Virus record (IMG/VR): IMGVR_UViG_3300032116_014939
Span: 1 to 64,000 of that record
Direction: 5' to 3' (one strand)
DNA: 64,000 nt
Part shown: positions 6,255 through 15,003 of the stretch, one piece after another
How positions within the stretch are numbered: position 1 is the stretch's first letter
Layout of the letters: the number at the start of each line of letters is the position of its first letter
Notes under the pieces: generated by a model
What the model saw: only the letters and a program-made list of their open reading frames with translations
Database searches by the model: none
Told to the model about the DNA's origin: nothing
Program-made: the position numbers and the translations under genes

Positions 6255-6668
6255 TTATTTTTCGTTTTCCAAATTAATTAATGGAACAAAATCTTTTGAA
6301 GGGGTAAATTCTAAGTTATCAACAACGACAGGCATATCAATACTAAAAAATTTAAGGAATTCCTCAATGTCATGACCTATTTGAACTGAAAATTCATACC
6401 ATCCTTTATTAACACGGTCTCTTCCAATTATCTTTTCTTTATTACCAAATGCACATAAGTAATAATTAACCATACCTTCACCATTAACCAATTTAACTGA
6501 TACAAAAAGGTGGTCTTTCATCTCACCAATACTTATTAGCGGAGCAACTTTATCTATATGGAATTGATAATAACCCTTTTGAGGTTTTTCACTGAAACTA
6601 ACACGGTGGTCATAACCAAAAGTTTTACCCTCAAGAAATTTATTTATCCCGTTAAGTTCTTTATTCAT
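6255..6668 (-). CDS. Hypothetical protein
   Basis: 137-aa ORF with coupled start/stop. Confidence 0.7.
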   Translation of the reverse strand: MNKELNGINKFLEGKTFGYDHRVSFSEKPQKGYYQFHIDKVAPLISIGEMKDHLFVSVKLVNGEGMVNYYLCAFGNKEKIIGRDRVNKGWYEFSVQIGHDIEEFLKFFSIDMPVVVDNLEFTPSKDFVPLINLENEK

Positions 6669-7099
6669 CGTCTAACACCAGGTTTAGAATTACCTCTCTG
6701 TGGTTCATTATTTCTTTTATAATGAGTTACATTTGGTTTAGGAGTATTGATAGTCGGTGAAGGATTGTTGTGTTGTGGTGGAGGTGGTGGTAACGGTAGT
6801 GTCGTCTGTTGATAGTTATAGTTTGGATAATAATTGTTGTTTCTATTATAGTAGTTATAGTCAGGATAGTTGTTGTAATACGTTACAGGTAATACAACTC
6901 TATTACCATAGTAATCCTCACTTGATACTGGTCTTGCTTTAGGTTCGTGATGAGTTACCCAAAACTCTTCAGTTCTGTTCCAATACATCTCATCATCTTC
7001 AGGTCTTGTTCTGTCGTCAGTTAGATTTTCAAAACTAGCACAAGATGTGAATAGTAAGATAAAAAATAATATGTTAAGATTTTTCAATTCCATAGACAC
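6665..7099 (-). CDS. Putative lipoprotein with Tyr/Asn/Pro-rich tail
   Basis: ILFFILLFTSC lipobox-like signal. Confidence 0.65.
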   Translation of the reverse strand: MSMELKNLNILFFILLFTSCASFENLTDDRTRPEDDEMYWNRTEEFWVTHHEPKARPVSSEDYYGNRVVLPVTYYNNYPDYNYYNRNNNYYPNYNYQQTTLPLPPPPPQHNNPSPTINTPKPNVTHYKRNNEPQRGNSKPGVRR

Positions 7100-8117
7100 G
7101 TCCTAAATTTCTTTTTAATTTTTTACCAGCTTTGTTAATTCTTGGTTCATACATTTTAAACAAATCGTAGATACTATTTGTTTTCTCTATGTCCCTTGGT
7201 ACTGTTTTATTAGTTTGTTTAGCAATTTGTCTATACTGTTTCATATAGAACTTATGTAAATTACTTAAATGAAACACAAGAGTGTCCTCACCACTTCTTT
7301 GTTTGATAACATCTACCAACCCATCAAAGAAGTTGTCAGCATTAAACTTTTCCATTTTATCAGCAATAAGCCAATATGGTGATTTTGTAAACTCTTCAGG
7401 TGTCATTTTAAATGATTTTGAATACGCTTCTTGTGACATAGCATTCAATTCATATGGTTCTGAATAATAAACTAAATCTAAAAAATCACTGTAATATTTG
7501 AAAATCTTTTTAGGAACATTCGGATTAATTCCACCAGCAAATGTTTTAGTTAAATCAACTTCACCCTTACCTGTTGACTCCCATCTTTTGTAAAACTCAT
7601 ATAGATGTAACATTTCGTGAGTAATACTATCTCTTAAGTCATCAATCAAATCATCAATATCTTCAGGTTCAAATGTAGGTGTTATTAAAACTTCAACTTC
7701 CATTTTACCTATGATAGTTTTATTAATTTCTTTCAGTATTTTTTCAGGTATTTCAAGTGACGGAAGTTTCATATAAGATTCACCTTCAGATTCTTTTTTA
7801 ATCTGATACATCGCCCCACCTGTTCTAAACTTAGCATCACTATTCGGTTTTTTTACATAACCAAATTTAATCTCAATATCCATTCCTTCAACAGGAAACT
7901 CAATAAATGAATCAGGGTCTGACTTAACAACCTGTTTCATAGTACTATAATCTAAATTAATTGACTCAGAATCATTTTTTTTATTGAATGTCATGTCTTC
8001 AACAATTGGTGTAACTTCATTAAGGACAATATTAATAAAAGGAATTGTTGCACGACTAACACCCAAATCTTCATTCAGTAATCTCTTATATTGTTCTTCG
8101 GTAATAACAACTTTCAT
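7074..8117 (-). CDS. Zincin-like (HExxH) putative metallopeptidase with MKVVITEEQ N-terminus
   Basis: ITHEMLHLYE, followed by an E-x-x-A third-ligand-like motif (ELNA). Confidence 0.6.
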   Translation of the reverse strand: MKVVITEEQYKRLLNEDLGVSRATIPFINIVLNEVTPIVEDMTFNKKNDSESINLDYSTMKQVVKSDPDSFIEFPVEGMDIEIKFGYVKKPNSDAKFRTGGAMYQIKKESEGESYMKLPSLEIPEKILKEINKTIIGKMEVEVLITPTFEPEDIDDLIDDLRDSITHEMLHLYEFYKRWESTGKGEVDLTKTFAGGINPNVPKKIFKYYSDFLDLVYYSEPYELNAMSQEAYSKSFKMTPEEFTKSPYWLIADKMEKFNADNFFDGLVDVIKQRSGEDTLVFHLSNLHKFYMKQYRQIAKQTNKTVPRDIEKTNSIYDLFKMYEPRINKAGKKLKRNLGRVYGIEKS

Positions 8118-8998
8118 TATAACAATGTATTAACTAAATTTTTAAATTCTTCTTTATTTTGTTCTATCCAATTTAAAATATCAGGTCTAATCTTTCCACC
8201 ATAAGGGCCAAAAATCTTGGCAACTTCCTCATCTCTTTGACTTACCTCCAAATATTCTTTACGTTCTTCATCACTTACAATTGGTTTAATAATATCAAAA
8301 GAACTTCCTTTTTTTATAAAAACATCTGATGAAACTCTTAACTCGTTAGAACCCAATTTTCTAGGTTTTCTTATATTACTAGCATCTGAAAACAATTCAA
8401 CCGCATTTTCTTTTGTTAAATAATACGTCTTTAACCTATCGTCAGATTCAAATGTAATAGATGTTATATCAACAAGTATTTTTCTTAAAATTTCTTTTTT
8501 ATATTCAGTCAAACTATCGTCATTAACCAAAAATAAATTGGTTCCTGTTATGTCATATTTTGATAAGGTATTTTTGATATTCGCAACCGCCTCACTACCT
8601 AAACTAGTTAAAGCAGTTGTAAAACCCCCTATTGATGGACTTTCAGTGTTGTCGTTTAAAAATTTTTGTTCAACCTCACCCTGATTTATTTTATAATCCC
8701 ATATACCACTTTTACTTTCATTAAGTGTTCCATTAAATAAACCCGCCATCAATCCTTCAATAGCGTGTCCTCTAATCTCTTTATACTTAACAATACGATT
8801 AATATAATCTTCAAATCTTAATCGGTTAACAACATTTAAACTATTCAAATCAACATCTTGACCCCAATTATAATTTAACCCGTAAGCGTCTAAAATTTCT
8901 TGGATAACATAAACCGCTTCCTGTTTAACAATAGGGATAGGATTGTATAGGTAAAATTTATTTTTACCTTCTTCATTTATAAGTTTTTTCTTTTTCAT
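8117..8998 (-). CDS. Hypothetical protein, possible PD-(D/E)XK-like nuclease
   Basis: RGHAIE...WDY...EQK spacing; function is only tentative. Confidence 0.55.
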   Translation of the reverse strand: MKKKKLINEEGKNKFYLYNPIPIVKQEAVYVIQEILDAYGLNYNWGQDVDLNSLNVVNRLRFEDYINRIVKYKEIRGHAIEGLMAGLFNGTLNESKSGIWDYKINQGEVEQKFLNDNTESPSIGGFTTALTSLGSEAVANIKNTLSKYDITGTNLFLVNDDSLTEYKKEILRKILVDITSITFESDDRLKTYYLTKENAVELFSDASNIRKPRKLGSNELRVSSDVFIKKGSSFDIIKPIVSDEERKEYLEVSQRDEEVAKIFGPYGGKIRPDILNWIEQNKEEFKNLVNTLL

Positions 8999-9315
8999 TA
9001 CTTACCAATCACAATATCATTGTAGTTTAAAGTTTCCATACCTTTCATATCATCAACCACTTCATCATACATGTAAGCCTTAACTACCGATACTATTGAT
9101 TGTTCAGCTTGAGCAATTTTAGATTCCATCCAATCATCTAACTGTTCATCCTCTTCTAAAATCTCCCACATTTGTAATGCTAAAGTACCAATGGTGAAAA
9201 GTTGTTGCTTAGCCATATAATTACCATCTTTATCTTCATTAATAGTTTCAGTATTTTCAGATAAAGCTTTTTTTAATTTTTCAAGTTGTTCTTCTGTGAT
9301 TATAATTTTTGACAT
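8998..9315 (-). CDS. Hypothetical protein (likely start MSKIIITEEQ at 9315)
   Basis: TATTTAT at 9332-9338 and a terminator at 9350-9377 argue against the 9363 start. Confidence 0.75.
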   Translation of the reverse strand: MSKIIITEEQLEKLKKALSENTETINEDKDGNYMAKQQLFTIGTLALQMWEILEEDEQLDDWMESKIAQAEQSIVSVVKAYMYDEVVDDMKGMETLNYNDIVIGK

Positions 9316-9420
9316 AACTATAGTTTTATATATAAATACAAATAAAACTAAAAAAGGGAACACTAATGTTCCCTTTTGAGCCCAACCCGGAAGTTAGTCC
9401 ACCACTTTGTTTAACAAAGA

Positions 9421-9681
9421 TTATTTAGCTTCTGAAAGTTTTGCTAAAACTTGTTCACTATATTGTACCAACTCCATTTCAGTCGTGATTAAAGATTCAA
9501 CCAAAATCTTGTGTGGGATATGTACTAATGTGTCTGTAACGTTAAAGTATCTAAATGCAACTCCGTTATCAATAGCATCATTTACAAGTTTTAAAAACAA
9601 CTTTGTCTGAATTGCATCAACAAAAGACATTGTTAATACTTTACCGAATTTTTCGTGTTGGATGTTTAATGTTACTTTCAT
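9421..9681 (-). CDS. Hypothetical protein
   Basis: 86-aa ORF; TATATTTG box upstream. Confidence 0.7.
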   Translation of the reverse strand: MKVTLNIQHEKFGKVLTMSFVDAIQTKLFLKLVNDAIDNGVAFRYFNVTDTLVHIPHKILVESLITTEMELVQYSEQVLAKLSEAK

Positions 9682-9699
9682 AACACAAATATAGACAAA

Positions 9700-10668
9700 C
9701 TATTCTTCACTTCCAAACTTTTTGAAATAAAAATCAATAGTTCTATCTAACCCTTCGTCAAAATTAACTTTAGGTTCCCATCCAATTTGTTCTTTTGCTT
9801 TAGTATAATCAATGGAGTATCTAAAGTCATGTCCTTTTCTATCTTCAACAAATGTTATTAAGTCCTGTGAGTTTTGTTCCCATTGTTTAAGATTATCAAT
9901 TTTATCACAAACCATCTTAACCAATCTGAGGTTATTTAATTCATTACCACCACCAATACAATAAGTTTCACCTACCTTACCTTTATGGAATACCAAATCA
10001 ATTGCATCCACATGGTCTTGGACATATAACCAATCCCTAACATTCTGTCCGTTACCATACACAGGTATTGGTTCACCATTAAGGATACTTTTAATGATTG
10101 TCGGAATTAATTTTTCTTCATGCTGGTTTGGCCCAAAATTATTTGAGCAGTTTGATATAACAATTGGTAATCCGTAAGTGTGATAATACGCTCTAACAAA
10201 ATGGTCAGAAGAAGCTTTAGACGCTGAGTAAGGACTTCTTGGGTCGTAAGCAGTTTTTTCATCAAAAGAACCCACAGCCCCTAAATGTCCAAAAACCTCA
10301 TCCGTTGATATATGGTAAAATAATTTAATACCATACTTAACAGAAGCATCCAACAAATTCAATGTTCCAATAATATTTGTTTGAACAAACTCCATCGGAT
10401 TTAGTATTGAGTTATCAACATGTGATTCAGCTGCAAAATGTATAACTGAGTCAAAATTATAATTTTCAAATAACTTAAATAATCTTTCTCTCTCAGTAAT
10501 ACTGAACTTAATTATTTTTGCGTTTTGACTATTTTCAATATTACCCTCATCAGCCGCATATGTTTCACTATCAAGGATAACTAAATTATAGTCAGGATAT
10601 TTCTTTTTAAAGGTATTATAAAAATTAGAACCAATAAAACCTAATCCACCAGTTATTAATATATTCAT
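9700..10668 (-). CDS. rfbB: dTDP-glucose 4,6-dehydratase
   Basis: TGGLGFIG, HFAAESHVD, STDEV, YSASK, NCSNNFGP, RDWLYV and DRKGHD motifs. Confidence 0.95.
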   Translation of the reverse strand: MNILITGGLGFIGSNFYNTFKKKYPDYNLVILDSETYAADEGNIENSQNAKIIKFSITERERLFKLFENYNFDSVIHFAAESHVDNSILNPMEFVQTNIIGTLNLLDASVKYGIKLFYHISTDEVFGHLGAVGSFDEKTAYDPRSPYSASKASSDHFVRAYYHTYGLPIVISNCSNNFGPNQHEEKLIPTIIKSILNGEPIPVYGNGQNVRDWLYVQDHVDAIDLVFHKGKVGETYCIGGGNELNNLRLVKMVCDKIDNLKQWEQNSQDLITFVEDRKGHDFRYSIDYTKAKEQIGWEPKVNFDEGLDRTIDFYFKKFGSEE

Positions 10669-10934
10669 TTCTCTATTTCAATTTTAAATTCAGTCTTGTT
10701 CTTACTGAAGTTTTCTTTAATAATAGAATTCCAACTCAATTCTGTTATGAATTTTTTGAACTCTTCATCTTTAATTTTCTTAATATAAGAAAGTAATTCC
10801 TGTTCGGTACAATTTGGATTAACATCCATAAACTGTTTAATAATTGGAAACTTGTCCAAGTCAATTTCCTCAAATTCCCTAACACCTTCGTATTGGTGTT
10901 TTTCAATAACACCCATTTTAATTTTCATATTCAA
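10665..10934 (-). CDS. Hypothetical protein
   Basis: 89-aa ORF. Confidence 0.6.
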   Translation of the reverse strand: MNMKIKMGVIEKHQYEGVREFEEIDLDKFPIIKQFMDVNPNCTEQELLSYIKKIKDEEFKKFITELSWNSIIKENFSKNKTEFKIEIEK

Positions 10935-10947
10935 TATAAAAATTATA

Positions 10948-10971
10948 ATCCCCCATGTTTCAGGGGGATTT
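10948..10971. terminator. Intrinsic terminator hairpin
   Basis: AATCCCCC-ATGTTTCA-GGGGGATT. Confidence 0.6.
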
Positions 10972-10973
10972 TA

Positions 10974-11444
10974 TTATTTAATAATTCTTGTTGTGTAAAA
11001 CTTACCACTATCGTCAGTAAGAGTAATAACATAAGTTCCATTACTTAATGTTTCAGAATCAAACTGAATGTTTTTAGTGAAATATTTTTCTTGATAAACA
11101 CATCTTCCATCAATAGACATAATTCTTAGTGTTCCACTATTTGATGGTGTGTTAATATTAACAATACCTGACACAGGGTTTGGCCAAACTTTAACATTGT
11201 TAGTTAATTCAGTTACATCAACGGTGCAAGGTCCTTCTGTGAAATTTACTATGCCGTGGTAATAGATAGCTTCGCATGAATTTCCATAAGTGATTCCATC
11301 ACATCCGCAAACAGGAGCCCAAATTGCCGGACACATGACATTTAAGTCAATGAGTGTGGAGTCAACACATGTCAATACTTGTGAAGAAGCACTCAATCCA
11401 ATGAATGCGAAAAGGGTTAAAAGAAATAATTTAATTTTTTTCAT
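10974..11444 (-). CDS. Secreted Kazal-type domain protein with T9SS type A C-terminal sorting domain
   Basis: Signal peptide; CPAIWAPVCGCDGITYGNSCEA...GPC Kazal motif; VWPNPV...GTYVI...RIIK sorting domain. Confidence 0.88.
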   Translation of the reverse strand: MKKIKLFLLTLFAFIGLSASSQVLTCVDSTLIDLNVMCPAIWAPVCGCDGITYGNSCEAIYYHGIVNFTEGPCTVDVTELTNNVKVWPNPVSGIVNINTPSNSGTLRIMSIDGRCVYQEKYFTKNIQFDSETLSNGTYVITLTDDSGKFYTTRIIK

Positions 11445-11455
11445 AGTTTGTTTTT

Positions 11456-11728
11456 TTATTTTTTATTATTTGAACACAATTTTGTTGGTTTGTATGGAAT
11501 GACTGGAGCATCTATATATCCTTGCCCGATAGTGTCATCTTGGAACTCACCTTCCAACATAAAAGGTATCAATTCTTTCATCGCTGAGTCATAGTATGGA
11601 TACGTAGTATCACACTTTTCTTTAACACAACAATCTTGTTTAGGAGTTTCATTTGTCTTATTGTCCTTACAGCTATTAATGAATAGTGTAATAAATAAGA
11701 ATACCAATAATAGTTTAATTTTATTCAT
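11456..11728 (-). CDS. Putative lipoprotein
   Basis: Hydrophobic N-terminus ending in FINSC. Confidence 0.6.
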   Translation of the reverse strand: MNKIKLLLVFLFITLFINSCKDNKTNETPKQDCCVKEKCDTTYPYYDSAMKELIPFMLEGEFQDDTIGQGYIDAPVIPYKPTKLCSNNKK

Positions 11729-11787
11729 ATCATGTAATTTTAACTAATAATAGAATAATAGAATGATATAATCAACATATTAATCAG

Positions 11788-11811
11788 AAACCCCCTGTTT
11801 AGAGGGGGTTT
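11788..11811. terminator. Intrinsic terminator hairpin after the endolysin
   Basis: AAACCCCCT...AGGGGGTTT. Confidence 0.65.
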
Positions 11812-11814
11812 AGA

Positions 11815-12657
11815 TTATTTAAGTAGGTTATAATACTCGTTGAAGTGCTTTATTCTATCTGGTAGACCTATCGTACCACCATTAACTCTTTTGGTAACTG
11901 CCGTGACAGTCGCAACATCAGCACCCTTATCACAAATAGACCAAAGTTTGTTTGAATCAAAGAAAAACGCCGCAGAAGCCAAAGGATATTTAGTAGCAAC
12001 TAAATCAGGATTAGACACAGTATCTTCACCAATGAACTTAGCAAAGTTTGTATAGTTATTCTTACCAGTCAATTGGATATATCCTCTTCCACGAAACTTG
12101 AAACCTTCACCTGTTGACTCATCACCATTACCCATTCTTCCACCATAAACACGTGAAGCAATCTTTTCAGGTTGACGAGCGTATGACTCGTTTAAGTTAC
12201 CAGGGAAATACTTACCAAAGATTTTCTTAAGTCCGTCAGCAGAATAGTTAAGGTTTTCAGAAACAGCTTTAAACCCTCCTGACTCGTGACCACACTGAGC
12301 CAAGAAATGAGCCAATCTTAATGGGTTAGTGATATTGAATTTTTTAGCAGTTTCAGGGATTTGAGCAATCACTGCGTCAGGAATATGTCCTTTAAGATTT
12401 TGTAATTTAAATTCAGAACTTGTTGGGATAACAACATCTTCTTTAATCACTTGAGCTGTTTGAGTTGTTGTTCCAAACATTTTAGACCAAGTTCCTTCAC
12501 CAACAATACCATCAGCAGTTAATCCGTTAGCCGCCTGCCATTCTTTAACTTTAGCCGCAGTTCCGTTACCGAAAATACCATCGGCAGTTAATCCTAGTTT
12601 TGCTTGGAGTTGTTTAACGTCTTCTCCCTTAGACCCAACTTTTAGTAACATAATCAA
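11815..12657 (-). CDS. Endolysin: peptidoglycan-binding domain plus GH19 chitinase/lysozyme-like domain
   Basis: LLKVGSKG...DGIFG...DGIVG PG-binding domain; AHFLAQCGHESG, RGRGYIQLTG and VNGG GH19 motifs. Confidence 0.92.
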   Translation of the reverse strand: MIMLLKVGSKGEDVKQLQAKLGLTADGIFGNGTAAKVKEWQAANGLTADGIVGEGTWSKMFGTTTQTAQVIKEDVVIPTSSEFKLQNLKGHIPDAVIAQIPETAKKFNITNPLRLAHFLAQCGHESGGFKAVSENLNYSADGLKKIFGKYFPGNLNESYARQPEKIASRVYGGRMGNGDESTGEGFKFRGRGYIQLTGKNNYTNFAKFIGEDTVSNPDLVATKYPLASAAFFFDSNKLWSICDKGADVATVTAVTKRVNGGTIGLPDRIKHFNEYYNLLK

Positions 12658-12692
12658 TAATTTTTATTATAAATATGTTTAAAGTAAGGAAA

Positions 12693-12878
12693 TTAAGCCG
12701 CCATAATCCAAGTTAAGAGCGAAGCAAATATGAAAAAGAATAAAATTCCCACCCAGATAATACCAGAATTAGAATTTTTTTTATTATTTTTTTTATTATA
12801 AAATTTTCTAACTTCCTCTCCTAACTCATAATTGTTAGGATATTTTTTAACCAATTCTTCAATATCTTGTGGTATCAT
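12693..12878 (-). CDS. Small membrane protein
   Basis: C-terminal TM helix. Confidence 0.6.
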   Translation of the reverse strand: MIPQDIEELVKKYPNNYELGEEVRKFYNKKNNKKNSNSGIIWVGILFFFIFASLLTWIMAA

Positions 12879-12880
12879 AA

Positions 12881-13105
12881 TTATTTTTTTGTATAAATAT
12901 AAAAGTGTTCACCAATATCTACCGTATATCTTTCCATGAACTTACCCTGACAAGCCTCCTTAAGTTTTGGAGTTAAAGCAAAATGTTCATCCTCATCCAA
13001 TGTAGGTTGAAGTCTAATCTCATACTCCATCTTATATGGAAGTTCCTTTTGTGTCACCACCGCCCATGATGGTAATACCTCTTTAAGATTTTCTAATATT
13101 GTCAT
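12881..13105 (-). CDS. Hypothetical protein
   Basis: 74-aa ORF; TATTTAT upstream. Confidence 0.65.
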   Translation of the reverse strand: MTILENLKEVLPSWAVVTQKELPYKMEYEIRLQPTLDEDEHFALTPKLKEACQGKFMERYTVDIGEHFYIYTKK

Positions 13106-13126
13106 AGTTTATAAGTGTCTATAAAT

Positions 13127-13150
13127 AAAAAAACCCGTCAATTGACAGGT
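13127..13150 (-). terminator. Terminator of the large ncRNA
   Basis: ACCTGTCA/TGACGGGT inverted repeat followed by a U-tract. Confidence 0.65.
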
Positions 13151-13161
13151 CAGATTAAAAA

Positions 13162-14030
13162 AGCCTGAGATTACAGCTTATGTTGAGAATCTTTTGAAGT
13201 ATTATTGTTTCACTTCGTATCCACTTCCTTTTGAGAAGTACTTCTCAGTCACGGTCTTTTAGGTGTACCACTCCTTGAGGTCTAAGTTACTCTCTTCTTA
13301 CTCAACTCTTTCCGAGGTTGCCACCCCAGTTCGTCCTTGCGGGATTAAAGGTTTTTCGTAAAACTACAGTCAGACTTGGGGTCTTTCTGTGCAATGAACG
13401 GCTCATTACTATGTAGTGACCTTTCACCTAAACCTGATGGACACTTTTCCTTAGTTATTTTGTAATAATGTTAGGTTTGTGTAGTAGATGTGTCAGAGTA
13501 GTGGTCCAACATAAGCTCTGTCTCCTTTTGAGCGACAGAATACTAAACTACTCCGTGAAGTGTCCCCACCTCCATATTTCAAGATTACTTCATAAAGAGA
13601 CCTTGGTAGGTCTTCCTTAGGGATAGTAGCGACACCACTCGTTCTCCATCTTACCTTTCGGTTTTAAGTCCTCTATCATATTGGGACCCGCAATAGTGTA
13701 ACTGGATGGTCACATTTCTTACAGAGTTCCTATGGGTTATTCTTATTGTTCTTCCGAACTCAACTTGAGAATCTACTTTCCCAAGTCACCCTCCCATTTT
13801 CCCTACGAAGTTATCCTCGGTACTAAAGGTTTGGTGATATCCCACTTGTGTACTTGAGTTCTCTACCCCTCACGGGGTTTCGAACCGCAGTCTCCTCAAC
13901 ACAGGGGAGACCACTTTATCCTACTTTCGTAGTTTATTTAAGGACCATACACGGCCCATTATCGTTTATCAGATTAAATGTCTCATAATCAACCCGAAGG
14001 TCTCATAATCAACTACTGAATGGATAATCT
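13162..14030 (-). ncRNA. Large (~870 nt) structured ncRNA, probably GOLLD-like
   Basis: No ORF of 60 aa or more; GC higher than the flanks; many GNRA/UUCG hairpins; 11-bp long-range helix; bounded by promoters, boxA and a terminator. Family call rests on size and context only. Confidence 0.7.
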
Positions 14031-14034
14031 TTTT

Positions 14035-14206
14035 GTTTCAAAGAACGTATCGGACATTTCCGATTTGTTTTACAAACTTACGACTTTTTTTTCAATCTGT
14101 CAAGTAATTTGTGAACTTTTTTTTTGATTTAACTACCGAGTATCTTTCATTCCCTATAAGTGTTAAATCTTTTACAAACTTACAGCAAATATTCCGTAGT
14201 GTCAAA
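14035..14206 (-). promoter_or_regulatory. Tandem Bacteroidota-type promoters plus boxA-like element for the large ncRNA
   Basis: TAAGTTTG at 14073-14080 and 14175-14182, each with TTG(AC) 20 nt upstream; CGTTCTTTGAAAC at 14035-14047. Confidence 0.7.
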
Positions 14207-14223
14207 TAAATATATCGAAAAAA

Positions 14224-14634
14224 TCAAAAATTTAACACGTCAGTTAAAACTTCCTTAATACCTGATGACATATTAAGTTCTTTAATCTCTTCTAAAGTCA
14301 TATAATCACATTCTGTGTGCTCAAAACCGTCCATAGCATTCTCTAAATCAGGAATGATTTTGGTGTCAGTCTTTAAAAGGAATACATGTAGAATAGTTTT
14401 TATCCCACCTAATTTATTATAACGATTAATTTTACCCAAAGGTTTAATATCTTCCTCAACTGGAACACCCATCTCCTCATAGAACTCTCTATACGCTGCA
14501 TCCTTTGGGTCTTCACCTTCTTCTATTCCACCCATAGGTATTGCCCACTTTGATGGTTCATTAATCTCAGCAGTTCTCTTACAAACTAAACATTTATCAT
14601 TTACTTTCACAATTATTCCAGCACTTTGTTTCAT
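14224..14634 (-). CDS. NUDIX hydrolase
   Basis: GGIEEGEDPKDAAYREFYEEMG Nudix box. Confidence 0.92.
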   Translation of the reverse strand: MKQSAGIIVKVNDKCLVCKRTAEINEPSKWAIPMGGIEEGEDPKDAAYREFYEEMGVPVEEDIKPLGKINRYNKLGGIKTILHVFLLKTDTKIIPDLENAMDGFEHTECDYMTLEEIKELNMSSGIKEVLTDVLNF

Positions 14635-14654
14635 AGAAATATTTATTAATAAGT

Positions 14655-15002
14655 ATGTTGTTAAAAATAAATAAAAATAGTTTTAATGTCAAAGTATTAA
14701 TTGAAAGTTCTGAAACCAGTGAAGGTATGATGAACAAAACTTTTGACAATTTTGACGGTATGTTGTTCATCATGGGTGATGGTTCACATAGTTTTTGGAT
14801 GATGAATTGTATTATCCCTTTAGATATAATCTTTATTGATAAGAACTTTAAAATAACTAAAATACATCATTACTGTGAGCCATGTGAGGTTCAACCTTGT
14901 GAAAGGTTTGTAGGTAAAGGAATGTATGTCTTAGAACTTGAGGGTGGTTCTTGTGAAGAGTTAGGTATCAGAGAAGGACAAGTTTGTGAATTCTTTAAAT
15001 AA
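14655..15002 (+). CDS. DUF192-family protein
   Basis: GMLF...FWMMN...PLDIIFID...YVLEL.GG pattern. Confidence 0.85.
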   Translation: MLLKINKNSFNVKVLIESSETSEGMMNKTFDNFDGMLFIMGDGSHSFWMMNCIIPLDIIFIDKNFKITKIHHYCEPCEVQPCERFVGKGMYVLELEGGSCEELGIREGQVCEFFK

Positions 15003-15003
15003 A

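Noticed and set aside
13162-14030. rRNA fragment, tmRNA, RNase P RNA or self-splicing intron
   Set aside because: No recognisable conserved motifs of these classes, no interrupted host gene, and it has its own promoters and terminator.
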